Assembly: GCA_964422035.1 (NCBI GenBank)
Contig: CAYQZQ010000001.1
Location: forward strand, 50,528 to 114,527
Source: an uncultured Pseudomonadales bacterium
GTDB lineage: Bacteria; Patescibacteriota; Microgenomatia; UBA1400; Chazhemtobacteraceae
Direction: 5' to 3'
Length of the DNA stretch: 64,000 nucleotides
Shown here one piece after another: positions 27,797 to 37,201 of this stretch (positions are counted from its first letter, which is position 1; each line of letters opens with the position of its first letter). The position numbers and the translations under genes are program-made. Under the pieces are notes generated by a model, which made no database searches, was not told the origin of the DNA, and saw only the letters and a list, made by a program, of their open reading frames with translations.

Positions 27797-27875
27797 TTGG
27801 GGAAAAGAAAAATTGTAAAATACAAGAGTTGTAAAAAATAAATTATTTATTTAAAAAAAGTAACGAGAGATACAG

Positions 27876-28157
27876 ATGAGCAAGCGTGTATACGAATTGA
27901 CAGTGATTTTTCCTGTTGACACCAAAGAAGAAAAAGCTGAGAAGTTAATTGGGTCTATTATTAACAAGGCTGGTGGATCTTTGTCCGAGTTTGATTATTG
28001 GGGAGAGAAGGGACTGGCTTACCCGATCAAGAAAAATAAGAGAGCTGTTTATGCTCACATGGAGGTAGAGATTGATGCTAGTAAAGTTAAAGATTTGGAG
28101 AGAAGAATTGGTTTGGAAGATGATATTATGCGAAGTTTATTAACAATTAAAGAATAA
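27876..28157 (+). CDS. rpsF: 30S ribosomal protein S6
   Basis: YELTVIF...; S6 fold length; followed by ssb and rpsR. Confidence 0.85.
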   Translation: MSKRVYELTVIFPVDTKEEKAEKLIGSIINKAGGSLSEFDYWGEKGLAYPIKKNKRAVYAHMEVEIDASKVKDLERRIGLEDDIMRSLLTIKE

Positions 28158-28200
28158 TGAGTCAGAAAGGCTGTTTGGCCGGAAAAGACTTATAATACAC

Positions 28201-28710
28201 ATGGCTGCAAGAAGCTTAAACAAAGTTGAGTTAATTGGAAATTTGACCCGTGATCCGGAGCTTAGATACACTCCTTCCGGTACAGCTGTATGTACTTTTG
28301 GAGTAGCTACTAATCGTGAGTGGACCGATTCGTCCGGTCAGCACAATGAAGAAGCAGAGTTTCATAATATTGTAGCTTGGGCTAAGTTGGCAGAGATTTG
28401 TGATCAGATTCTTCATAAAGGAAGAAAAGTATATCTTGAGGGTAGAATCTCAACCCGTGAATGGGAAGGCAAGGATGGCCAAGACCGCAAAACCGTTGAG
28501 ATTGTGATTGATGAAATGATTGCTTTTGGAAAAGGGCAATACGGAGATAATGATGAGAGTGAAGATGAAGAGGATGGTATGGATCTGGATACTTCTGATC
28601 TTGTTGAAGAAGAAGCACAGGGCGAAGAAAAGAATGAGGAAGAGAAGCCAAAAGAGGCTGATAAGGATGAAGACGCAGCAGAGGAAGTAGCTGATGACAT
28701 CCCTTTTTAG
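28201..28710 (+). CDS. ssb: Single-stranded DNA-binding protein
   Basis: OB fold (NKVELIGNLTRDPELRYTPSGTAVC...); acidic tail ending DDIPF. Confidence 0.95.
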   Translation: MAARSLNKVELIGNLTRDPELRYTPSGTAVCTFGVATNREWTDSSGQHNEEAEFHNIVAWAKLAEICDQILHKGRKVYLEGRISTREWEGKDGQDRKTVEIVIDEMIAFGKGQYGDNDESEDEEDGMDLDTSDLVEEEAQGEEKNEEEKPKEADKDEDAAEEVADDIPF

Positions 28711-28728
28711 GAAATATAAAAACAAAAA

Positions 28729-28959
28729 ATGGCAAAAGATAAAGATAAGAAAAACAAAATAACTGATAAAGGCGGATGTCACTTCTGTGGCAGCAAGACT
28801 GAGCCTGATTACAAGGATCTTGAGGTATTGGGCGAGTTTTTGTCTAATAAGAACAGGATAAGACCAGCTGAGTACACAGGTTTGTGCAGGAAGCATCAGA
28901 AAAGAGTAGCCACAGAGATAAAGAGAGCCAGACACCTGGCTTTAATGCCAACTCACTAA
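28729..28959 (+). CDS. rpsR: 30S ribosomal protein S18
   Basis: CHFCGSK...DYKDLEVLGEFLSNKNRIRPAEYTGLCRKHQKRVATEIKRARHLALMP. Confidence 0.9.
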   Translation: MAKDKDKKNKITDKGGCHFCGSKTEPDYKDLEVLGEFLSNKNRIRPAEYTGLCRKHQKRVATEIKRARHLALMPTH

Positions 28960-28975
28960 AAGGTAAACTATTCTT

Positions 28976-30451
28976 ATGAGAGTTTTGGGAGATTTACTAG
29001 TAGATGTTGAGGTATTGAGTAAAGAGAGTCTGGGTGAGATTGAGGTTGGGGCAGTTAAGACGGATTCAAGAGATGTTGAGGAGGGAGATTTGTTCATTGC
29101 TTACAAGGGTGTTGAGACTGACGGACATGAGTATATAAAACAGGCGATTGAAAAAGGGGTAAAAGCAGTTTTGGGTGAGAAAGACATGGAGCTTGATGTG
29201 CCATATATTCAGGTTGAGAATGGGCGTTTGGCTTGGGCTAGGATTGAGTCAGCCTGGCATGAACAGCCTGAAAAGAAACTGAAGATGATAGGAGTGACCG
29301 GCACCGACGGGAAGACGACGACGGTTAGCTTGATTTACAACATCTTGCAAGCGGCGGGTAAAAAGGTAGGTATGTTGTCAACTATTGAAGCTAAAATCGG
29401 TGAGAAGGCTAGATCAACAGGGCTGCATACGACCAGCCCTAACCCTAAAGTGTTTTTTAAGTTTTTAAGTGAGATGGTGGAGGCAGGTCTTGAGTATGCG
29501 GTGGTGGAGGTAACCTCGCACGCTTTGGTGCAAGACAGATTTGGAGACAGTCAGTTTGAAGTGGGGGTAATTACCAACATTGCCAGTGAGCACTTGGATT
29601 TACATAAAAGTAAAGAAGAATACAGAAAGGCCAAGCTTAAGTTAGTTAATAAAAGCAAGAAAGCTGTTTTGAACATGAGAATTGCCGGTCTGGAGAAGTT
29701 GGAGGTAGAAAAAGAGAAGTTGATTCTTTTTGATAGAAGAAGGGAAGTGTCAGAGACTGAGTATGTAGAGCTTGAAGAGAAGGTCTATCAGCAGTTTGAG
29801 ATGATGTATGAGAATGAGTGGAGGGTGTTTAAAAGCCAGCTTTTGGGAGAGTACAACCAGGAAAATATATTGGCGGCTAGTAAAATAGCGGAGCTGTTGG
29901 GAATTGAGGTTGATAAAGTACAGATGGGAGTAGGAAAGCTGGCTAAGGTTGAAGGCAGATTTGAAAAAGTTGCTAATGACAAGGATTTGCATGTAGTGGT
30001 TGATTTTGCCCATACTGCTCAGTCGATGTGGCAGGTGTTGAAACTGGTGCGCGAGGAGTTTTTGGAAGAGGGTAATAGAATAATTGTAGTATTTGGTTGT
30101 GCGGGAGAAAGGGACGCCAGTAAAAGAAGGCCGATGGGTCAGGTGGCAGTAGCTTTGGCAGATTTGTCGATTATCACTGCTGAGGATCCTCGTAGTGAGA
30201 AGATGGATGAGATTTTCAAAGAGATTGAGAAGGGTTGTAAGATGGCTCGAGGTAAAAAGGGAAAGGATTATATCAGGGAAGATGATAGGCGAGAGGCTAT
30301 CAAAAGAGCTATTTTGGAGGCTAATGAGGGAGACTGGGTGATGATTTTAGGCAAGGGACATGAGCAAAGCCTGAACTTGGGCGAGGGAGAGATGCCCTGG
30401 AGTGACGTTGAGACGGCTGAGGAAGTGTTAAGTAAGGGATTTAAAAGTTAA
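28976..30451 (+). CDS. murE: Mur ligase, most likely UDP-MurNAc-L-Ala-D-Glu:diamino-acid ligase MurE
   Basis: GVTGTDGKTTT P-loop; Mur central and C-terminal domains (VVDFAHT...IVVFGCAGERD...EDPRSE). The MurE DNPR motif reads EDPRSE, so the diamino-acid specificity is unclear. Confidence 0.75.
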   Translation: MRVLGDLLVDVEVLSKESLGEIEVGAVKTDSRDVEEGDLFIAYKGVETDGHEYIKQAIEKGVKAVLGEKDMELDVPYIQVENGRLAWARIESAWHEQPEKKLKMIGVTGTDGKTTTVSLIYNILQAAGKKVGMLSTIEAKIGEKARSTGLHTTSPNPKVFFKFLSEMVEAGLEYAVVEVTSHALVQDRFGDSQFEVGVITNIASEHLDLHKSKEEYRKAKLKLVNKSKKAVLNMRIAGLEKLEVEKEKLILFDRRREVSETEYVELEEKVYQQFEMMYENEWRVFKSQLLGEYNQENILAASKIAELLGIEVDKVQMGVGKLAKVEGRFEKVANDKDLHVVVDFAHTAQSMWQVLKLVREEFLEEGNRIIVVFGCAGERDASKRRPMGQVAVALADLSIITAEDPRSEKMDEIFKEIEKGCKMARGKKGKDYIREDDRREAIKRAILEANEGDWVMILGKGHEQSLNLGEGEMPWSDVETAEEVLSKGFKS

Positions 30452-30476
30452 CTTAAAGTATGTAGAATGGGCAGAT

Positions 30477-31787
30477 ATGAATGGAATGGTAGAAATACAT
30501 GGTGGCAAGAAATTAAAAGGAGAAGTTAAACCAATTGCTAACAAAAACTCAGTAGTGGCAGTTTTGCCGGCAGCTCTTTTGAGTAAAGAAAAAGTTGTCT
30601 ATGAAGGTATACCCCAGACTAGTGATGTAGATAAGATCTTGGCGATTATGGAGAAACTGGGAGCTAAGGTTAAAAGAGAGGGAGGTAGAGTTGAGATTAA
30701 GGCTGAGGATTTAATTAATTACAAGATTGACGAGGAGTTGGGAGGTCAGTTTAGGGCCAGTTTGATGTTTGTAGGGCCCCTTTTGGCTAGAATGGGCAAG
30801 GCAAGAATTCCTCTGCCGGGTGGTTGCGTTTTGGGGCACAGGTCAATTTCGGGACATGTGGATGTATTTAGAAAAGTGGGAGTGAAAGTTAAGCTGGAAG
30901 ATGACAGTGTCTTTTTTGAAGTACCTGAAAAGCTTGAAGAATGTTATCGCATTTGGCAGCTTGAAGCTTCGGTGACAGCCACAGAGAATTTGCTTATGTA
31001 TGCTGCGGGAATAGAAACGCAGATAGAGATAGTGGATGCGGCAGCTGAACCACATGTAGTGGAGCTACAGGAGCTTTTGCAGCGCATGGGAGCTGAGATT
31101 GAAGGATTGGGATCTAATAAACTGACTGTAAGGGGAAAAAGCGATCTTAGGGGCTCGGAGTTTACTCCCGGTCCTGACTTTGTTGACATTGCTGGTTTTA
31201 TGGTAGCTGCGGCAGTGACAGACGGGAAGATAAGGATATTGGGAGCTAATAAAGCAGGAGTAATTGATGGATTGATTGACTGGTTTGGTTTGTTTGGTGT
31301 GAAAGTTGAAAAAGATGGTGATGATATTGTTGTTGAAAGAGAAGAGAAAGGATTGCGTTATGATCTGTCGGGCAGGTATCCGATGGCAGCTGACAATTTA
31401 CCAAAGTTATATCCGCGTCCCTGGCCAGGATTTCCGGTAGATGTGATCCCAGTTATGGCCACTTTGGCTTGCAAGACAAAAGGAAGGTTGATGCTTAAGA
31501 ACTGGATGTATGAGAGCGGTTTTGATTTTGTGAGAGAACTTAACAGCTTGGGAGGAGACATTGTGATGGCTGACCCGCAAAGAATCTTGATTCACGGTCC
31601 GGTGAGCTTTACAGGTGGAGAAGTGGCACCGCCTAAGGTAATTCAGTCCACAAAAGCAGTGTTTTTGGCAGCCTTAGCTGATGAGGTGAGGACGGTGATT
31701 CATGGAGTGGATATTTTAAAGAGAAGATATCCTGACATTATCTCGGTTTATAAAGGGTTGGGAGCTGAGATTAAAAGTGAGGTTTAA
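30477..31787 (+). CDS. murA: UDP-N-acetylglucosamine 1-carboxyvinyltransferase MurA
   Basis: EPT fold; active-site loop LPGGCVLGHRSI containing the catalytic Cys; KNSVVAVLPAALL. Confidence 0.9.
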   Translation: MNGMVEIHGGKKLKGEVKPIANKNSVVAVLPAALLSKEKVVYEGIPQTSDVDKILAIMEKLGAKVKREGGRVEIKAEDLINYKIDEELGGQFRASLMFVGPLLARMGKARIPLPGGCVLGHRSISGHVDVFRKVGVKVKLEDDSVFFEVPEKLEECYRIWQLEASVTATENLLMYAAGIETQIEIVDAAAEPHVVELQELLQRMGAEIEGLGSNKLTVRGKSDLRGSEFTPGPDFVDIAGFMVAAAVTDGKIRILGANKAGVIDGLIDWFGLFGVKVEKDGDDIVVEREEKGLRYDLSGRYPMAADNLPKLYPRPWPGFPVDVIPVMATLACKTKGRLMLKNWMYESGFDFVRELNSLGGDIVMADPQRILIHGPVSFTGGEVAPPKVIQSTKAVFLAALADEVRTVIHGVDILKRRYPDIISVYKGLGAEIKSEV

Positions 31788-32503
31788 AAGCAGAGAAAGA
31801 TTAGGTTATCTTCGGTTTGTTTGACGGATTTTATGTTAAAGCCAGCTTGTTTGAGGAGTTTTTGAAGGCATGTTTTATCCAGAGCGGTGTAAAAGCGGGA
31901 GTGGTTGGTGTCTTTGTAAGGAATTTTGAGAAAGCGTAAGTTTAAGTGTTTTATCTTTAAGGGCAGGCTTTTAAGATGCTGGATAGCGAATTTTGGTCTA
32001 AGCAGTCTCCAGGTAGTTAAGATAAGTAAGCCATCTTTTTTAAGATGTTTTTTGGCTTGTTTTAAGACAAAAAGTTGTTGAGATTTTTCAGGTAAATGAT
32101 GAATGAAGGCGATGGTTAAGATTGCGTCGAACTGATCAAGGTCCTGCCAGGCTTGAGGCTTGGTTAGGTCAGCTTGAATAAAGTTGTGAGAGGGAAAAGA
32201 CTGACGGGCCTGGTTGAGCCATTTTTTGGAGAAGTCGATTCCGGTATAATTAAGCTGCTTTGGTAGGTAGTTTAGTACACGACCATGGCCACAGCCAAGA
32301 TCAAGTACTTTCTGATCAGGTTGAATTTTTTGGATGAAGGGCTTTAGACCCGGCCAAAGCCTGGGATGATAGGAGGCATGATCTGAGGCTATGTGATTGT
32401 AAGTTAGTTGTAAGTTTTTAAGTATGGACATAAAGGTTTTGTTTAGTGAAATTTTAGCAAAGTGAAGAGTTTGAGGGAAATGAATTAATAAAAAGCTTGA
32501 CAT
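31784..32503 (-). CDS. Class I SAM-dependent methyltransferase
   Basis: Motif I VLDLGCGHGRV; post-I acidic residue; motif II/III region DAILTIAFIHHL. Confidence 0.75.
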   Translation of the reverse strand: MSSFLLIHFPQTLHFAKISLNKTFMSILKNLQLTYNHIASDHASYHPRLWPGLKPFIQKIQPDQKVLDLGCGHGRVLNYLPKQLNYTGIDFSKKWLNQARQSFPSHNFIQADLTKPQAWQDLDQFDAILTIAFIHHLPEKSQQLFVLKQAKKHLKKDGLLILTTWRLLRPKFAIQHLKSLPLKIKHLNLRFLKIPYKDTNHSRFYTALDKTCLQKLLKQAGFNIKSVKQTEDNLIFLCF

Positions 32504-32525
32504 AGTATTTTAGGGGGCGTATTAT
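32497..32525 (+). promoter_or_regulatory. Sigma70-type promoter for the AbiE-1 operon (TTGACA-17-TATTAT)
   Basis: TTGACA at 32497-32502, 17-bp spacer, TATTAT at 32520-32525. The -10 box overlaps the ORF-track ATG (32524), implying the true AbiEi start is the downstream ATG at 32578. Confidence 0.5.
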
Positions 32526-33111
32526 GTACATATACGTACATAAATCGTCTTCAAATAAATTTTTAGGTAATTATCTTATGGATTACAAATCAGAGTTGTT
32601 AAAACAGGGCAGAAAGATATTTAAGACAGATGATCTGGCTTTGTTGTGGCAGATAAAGAAGAGAAACACCTTGCTGAAGACGATTTATCGCTATTTGGAG
32701 AGGGAAGTGTTGTTTAGTGTGCGAAAAGGAGTATATAGTGTGATGCCGCCAGAGGAGCTAGATCCGTTTGTGTTGGGTACGGCCTACATGAAAGGTTTTT
32801 GTTATGTCAGTTTGCAGACGGTACTAGCTAAAGAAGGGCTGATTAATCAGGTGGTGAGGCGAGTTACTTTAATAGGAGAGAGATCGTTGGAGTTTGAGGC
32901 GGGGGGAAGAGAGTATAGCTGCAGAAAAATGAAAAAGGAGTATTTGTATAACCAGATGGGGATAGAGTTTAAACATGAGTATGCTCAAGCGAGTAAGGCA
33001 AGAGCCATTGCTGATATATTGTATTATAATTCTGATTTTTACTTTGATAAGAAGTGGGGAGAAGTAGAAAACAGGGTTGAAGAAATTAGAAAGCAGGTGT
33101 TTTTAAAATGA
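32524..33111 (+). CDS. abiEi: AbiEi-family antitoxin/transcriptional regulator (type IV TA / abortive infection); true start probably ATG 32578
   Basis: AbiEi_4-like N-terminal domain pattern (GRKIFKTDDLALLW...RKGVYSV...FCYVSLQTVLAKEGLI). Immediately upstream of, and overlapping by 4 nt, an AbiEii nucleotidyltransferase gene. Confidence 0.75.
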   Translation: MYIYVHKSSSNKFLGNYLMDYKSELLKQGRKIFKTDDLALLWQIKKRNTLLKTIYRYLEREVLFSVRKGVYSVMPPEELDPFVLGTAYMKGFCYVSLQTVLAKEGLINQVVRRVTLIGERSLEFEAGGREYSCRKMKKEYLYNQMGIEFKHEYAQASKARAIADILYYNSDFYFDKKWGEVENRVEEIRKQVFLK

Positions 33112-33842
33112 TGAAAGTACCAAGACGAAACGAGATGCCTCATAAACTGGCGATGTATAGCTTGCTGCAGAAGCTTTTGGCTGATGTGGAGATTGTTTCA
33201 AGTATTTATTTTAAGGGTGGAAGTTGTGCGGCCATGCTGGGATATCTGGACCGGTTTAGTGTGGACTTGGATTTTGATTTACTGGATAAAGAGAAAAAAA
33301 GTAATTTGCGTCAAAAGATCCATCAGGTAATAGACAGTTTGGGGTATGAAGTTAAAGATGAGGCAAAAGAGCAGTTGCAGTTTTTCTTAAAGTACAGAGA
33401 TGCGGCAAATGAGCGCAACACCTTGAAGCTGGAGATTGGAGATTTGGTGTCTGAGGCTAATGAGTATAAAAAAGTGTATTTGGTGGAGATAGATAAGTAT
33501 TGTAAGGCACAGACGATCGAGACGATGTTTGCAAATAAACTGGTGGCGTTAAAGGCTCGTTATGAGGAGGGAAAGGGGATAGCAGGGAGAGATGTTTATG
33601 ATGTTGGTCATTTTTTTAAGCAAGGATATGGAATAAACAATAAAGTGGTGGAAGACTTAAGAGGGGTGAGTATGACTAAATATATAGAAGAGCTGGTTGA
33701 GTTTGTAGAAAATGAGGTGGGAGAGAAAGTACTATATCAGGATTTAAATCCTTTGTTGAGTAAAGAGAAGCTAAATCAGGCAGTACCAAGATTGAAGGAA
33801 GAAGTGTTGATTGCTTTGAGAAGCCTAATTGTGGGTAGTTGA
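33108..33842 (+). CDS. abiEii: AbiEii/AbiGii-family nucleotidyltransferase toxin (DUF1814-like)
   Basis: NTase motif KGGSCAAMLGYLDRFSVDLDFD (GS...hxRxSxDLD). Size 244 aa; operon partner of AbiEi. Confidence 0.8.
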   Translation: MMKVPRRNEMPHKLAMYSLLQKLLADVEIVSSIYFKGGSCAAMLGYLDRFSVDLDFDLLDKEKKSNLRQKIHQVIDSLGYEVKDEAKEQLQFFLKYRDAANERNTLKLEIGDLVSEANEYKKVYLVEIDKYCKAQTIETMFANKLVALKARYEEGKGIAGRDVYDVGHFFKQGYGINNKVVEDLRGVSMTKYIEELVEFVENEVGEKVLYQDLNPLLSKEKLNQAVPRLKEEVLIALRSLIVGS

Positions 33843-33854
33843 GTTGAATTATCA

Positions 33855-35423
33855 GTGGATGGTAAGTTTTTAAGTATGGACATAAAAGAATTCCTTTACC
33901 AGGATTTCAGCAAACTAAAACCAGATAATCTGGAGAGTTTTAAGCGCAGTTGGGCAGAGGATTTGGGTAAGATGCCCAAGCACAGCGATGTGTATGTGGC
34001 ATATAGAAAGCTTCTGGAAGAGGGGAAAATTGAGCCTAATATCGAGCTGGAGAGGGAGATGACAACCAGCAAGGTGCGCAGCCAGTCAGGAGTAGCTCCG
34101 ATGGCGGTGATGACCAAGGCTTTTGTTTGTCCTGGCGAGTGTATTTACTGTCCACTGGAGGCTGGATTGCCTAAAAGTTATCTACCTGATGAACCAGCAG
34201 CCCAGAGGGCCTTAAAGTATGATTTTGACCCATATAAGCAGGTTGAGTCTAGATTAGAGCAGCTTGAGAAAACGGGGCATAAGACTGACAAAGTGGAGTT
34301 GATTGTGATCGGAGGCACGTTTGGGGCGTATGCGGATGATTACAAAATTGAGTTTTTTAAGGGGATATATGAGGCTTTAAATGGCAAGAGGGCGGAGAGT
34401 TTGGAAGAAGCTAAGAAAGTTAACCAGACGGCTGATAGAAGAGCGGTGGGAATAAGTGTGGAGACAAGACCAGACTGGGTGAGTGATGAGGAAGTAAGGC
34501 TATATAGAAGGCTGGGAGTAACTAAGATTCAGCTTGGAGTGCAGGCTTTTGATGAGAAGATTCAAAAGATAATCAAAAGGGGGCACGGTATTGAGGCGGT
34601 GGCGCAGGCAACTAGGAAACTGAAGAATGCAGGTTTTAAGGTTTCTTATCATTTTATGCCTAACTTGCCGGGAAGTAACCCCAAAAAAGACGTTAAGATG
34701 GCCAAGCAGATGTTTGAAGATAAGCGATTCAAGCCTGATTACTTGAAGGTTTATCCTACTCAGGTAATTGCTGGCACGGTGCTGCACAGAATGCACCAGC
34801 AGGGTGAGTTTGAAGCTTATGATGATCAGACTTTAAAAGAAGTTTTGAAAAAAATTAAGGCAGTGACCCCTGAGTGGGTAAGAATAGATAGGTTAGTGAG
34901 AGATATTTCCAAAAAATGGGTAAAGAGTGGCACTCATAAGTCAAACATGCGCCAGATTATCAAAGACGAGTTGAAGGAGGAAAGTGGAGTGGGGTGTAGG
35001 TGTATCAGATGTCGAGAGATCAAACTACGTGAGTATACAGATAGACCCAAAATGAGTATTTTGAGGCTGGAAACTAGTGGCGGAGAGGAGTTGTTTATGA
35101 GCTTTGAAAAAGATGACAAATTGTACTCAATTTTACGTCTGCGATTGCCAAATGCTGATAAGAAGATGCTCTTTGATGAACTTGAAGGAGCGGCAATTGT
35201 ACGTGAGATTCATACCTATGGAACGGTGTTGGGGTTAAGTGAGAGAGTAAAGAAGAGGGTGCAACACAGAGGATTGGGACAGGAGTTGCTGGAAGAGGCA
35301 GAAAAACAAGCTAAAAAGGCGGGCTACAAAAGGGTAGCAGTTATCTCAGCAATTGGCACCCACCAGTATTATGAAAAATGGGGATACAGGCTTGAGGGTG
35401 AGTATATGGTTAAAGATTTGTAG
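33855..35423 (+). CDS. elp3: Elp3-family radical SAM / GNAT acetyltransferase (tRNA wobble uridine modification-type)
   Basis: Radical SAM CxxxCxxC (CPGECIYCP); Elp3 central region; C-terminal GNAT fold (QHRGLGQELLEEAEKQAKKAGYKRVAVISAIG). Confidence 0.8.
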   Translation: MDGKFLSMDIKEFLYQDFSKLKPDNLESFKRSWAEDLGKMPKHSDVYVAYRKLLEEGKIEPNIELEREMTTSKVRSQSGVAPMAVMTKAFVCPGECIYCPLEAGLPKSYLPDEPAAQRALKYDFDPYKQVESRLEQLEKTGHKTDKVELIVIGGTFGAYADDYKIEFFKGIYEALNGKRAESLEEAKKVNQTADRRAVGISVETRPDWVSDEEVRLYRRLGVTKIQLGVQAFDEKIQKIIKRGHGIEAVAQATRKLKNAGFKVSYHFMPNLPGSNPKKDVKMAKQMFEDKRFKPDYLKVYPTQVIAGTVLHRMHQQGEFEAYDDQTLKEVLKKIKAVTPEWVRIDRLVRDISKKWVKSGTHKSNMRQIIKDELKEESGVGCRCIRCREIKLREYTDRPKMSILRLETSGGEELFMSFEKDDKLYSILRLRLPNADKKMLFDELEGAAIVREIHTYGTVLGLSERVKKRVQHRGLGQELLEEAEKQAKKAGYKRVAVISAIGTHQYYEKWGYRLEGEYMVKDL

Positions 35424-35440
35424 CTGGTAAGATAGAAGCT

Positions 35441-36010
35441 ATGCAAGCAGTCTATGTTGACCAGTTAGCGGAGGGTAACAGAGAAAAAGTAGAGAAGGTT
35501 AATGGATTGATAAATGACAAGCAAGCAGCGAAGAGATTTGGAGCTAGAAACCTAAAGGAGTACAGTTATTGGGCGTGGCGAGCTTGCGGGGTGGCTAATG
35601 TGGCGATGATTTTTCAAAGTGAGAATTTGTGGGAAGGGAAGCTGATGGAGTTGGTGTTGGAGGGGTTGAAGATGAACGGCTATGCATATAAAAATATAAG
35701 GGGTGAGAAAGATGTGGGTTGGCGGCATCAGTGCTTGATGAAAATGATGGAAGAGAGAGGTTTGCAGTCTAAGAGGCGAGAGGGAGTGAAGGCAAAGGAG
35801 TTGAAAAATGAGATCGACGGTAGTTATGTAATAGCTTCTATTAAAAGTAAACCAGGTAGTCATTTGGTGCTGTTAAAAGAGTTTGTAAAAGGAACATGGA
35901 TAGTAAATGACCCTTACGGGTTTGATAGGCAGGGAGAGGATAGAAAGATAGGAGAGGAAGAGTTTAAAAAAGTGTTTTTAGGTAAAGTAATTATGGTGTC
36001 TTATGGATAA
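35441..36010 (+). CDS. Papain-fold cysteine-peptidase-like protein (C39/BtrH-like)
   Basis: Candidate catalytic Cys in WRACGVANVAMIF, His in GSHLVLL, Asp/Asn in VNDPYGFD, in the order typical of C39-like peptidases. Confidence 0.4.
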   Translation: MQAVYVDQLAEGNREKVEKVNGLINDKQAAKRFGARNLKEYSYWAWRACGVANVAMIFQSENLWEGKLMELVLEGLKMNGYAYKNIRGEKDVGWRHQCLMKMMEERGLQSKRREGVKAKELKNEIDGSYVIASIKSKPGSHLVLLKEFVKGTWIVNDPYGFDRQGEDRKIGEEEFKKVFLGKVIMVSYG

Positions 36011-37163
36011 ATTTGATTACGGTGAAAGCAATATAGTTAAAAAAGCATTTCGCAGCCTACGCTGGCAAGTTGCCAAGGCTTGGCTCAAGTTACACCCACA
36101 TGTAGATGTAATCGGGATAACTGGCAGTGTGGGTAAAACGAGTGGTAAAGAAATGATAAAAGCAGTGTTGTCAGAGGTATTTAAGATAGAAGCAACACGG
36201 GAGAACTTGGATCCTATTTTTAACATTCCACTGACAGTATTGAGGCTGCAAGACAATGAAAAGATGATTTGTGAGATGGGAGTGGATGATTTTGGCCAGA
36301 TGAGTGCGTATTTGGAGTTGGTTCAGCCAAGAATTGGGGTTGTGACTGAGCTTTCTTTGGCGCATGCAGACGAGAGTCATTTTGGTTCTTTGGATGGGTT
36401 GATAGAGGAGAAGAGTAAGTTGATTAAAGGATTGTCTGAGCATAGTTGGGCGGTTTTAAATGGAGATAGTAACAAGGTGAGGAGCTTGGCTAAGAAGACA
36501 AAGGCTTGGGTGTTGACGTATGGATTTGGGAAAGATAATGACATAGTAGTTAGTAGTTTTACGCATTTTGATAGGGGCAAAAAGGTGGGGAGTAAGTTTA
36601 AGATTAACTATGGATTGGGAGAAGAAGAGGTAGAGATAAAGCTTATGGGTAGACATAATGCTAAGCTGGCAGCGATGACTGTGGCGGTGGGAATGATTGA
36701 GGGAATGAAGATAGAAGAGATAAAAAGAGGATTGAAGAAAATTAAGCCAGTAGAGCAGAGATTGGAGCCAAAGTGGGCAGGTGAGAGATTGATTATTGAT
36801 GATACATATAATGCCAGTCCGCAAGCTTGCAAGGCAGCCATTGAGGTGTTGGCTGATCTGGATAAAAAGGGAGTATTTGTAATGGGAGATATGCTGGAGC
36901 TGGGTAAGCATAGCAAGAGAGCCCATAAACATGTAGGTGAGTATGCGGCAAAAAAGGGAGTAAGCAAGCTGGCAGTGCTGGGTGAGGAGAGCAAAAGCAC
37001 AGCTGATGGCATTATTAAAGCAGGGGGAGATAGACAGAGGGTGTTACGAGCAGAAAGCCCAGAGGAGATTGTAGAGTGGCTAAAAGAAGGGCAAGAGACG
37101 GTACTGGTGAAGGGTTCACGAGGAATGAGGATGGAGAGAGTAGTAGAAGGATTGATGGAGTAG
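36003..37163 (+). CDS. murF: UDP-MurNAc-tripeptide:D-Ala-D-Ala ligase MurF
   Basis: Mur ligase P-loop VIGITGSVGKTS; IIDDTYNASP; C-terminal domain. Short N-terminal domain. Confidence 0.8.
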   Translation: MDKFDYGESNIVKKAFRSLRWQVAKAWLKLHPHVDVIGITGSVGKTSGKEMIKAVLSEVFKIEATRENLDPIFNIPLTVLRLQDNEKMICEMGVDDFGQMSAYLELVQPRIGVVTELSLAHADESHFGSLDGLIEEKSKLIKGLSEHSWAVLNGDSNKVRSLAKKTKAWVLTYGFGKDNDIVVSSFTHFDRGKKVGSKFKINYGLGEEEVEIKLMGRHNAKLAAMTVAVGMIEGMKIEEIKRGLKKIKPVEQRLEPKWAGERLIIDDTYNASPQACKAAIEVLADLDKKGVFVMGDMLELGKHSKRAHKHVGEYAAKKGVSKLAVLGEESKSTADGIIKAGGDRQRVLRAESPEEIVEWLKEGQETVLVKGSRGMRMERVVEGLME

Positions 37164-37201
37164 ATTTAATAGTAAGCAATAAGTAGTGGGGATATTGGGG
37201 G

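Noticed and set aside
28382-28935. Minus-strand ORFs (95-161 aa) across ssb and rpsR
   Set aside because: Antisense to the conserved rpsF-ssb-rpsR cluster; translations are low complexity.
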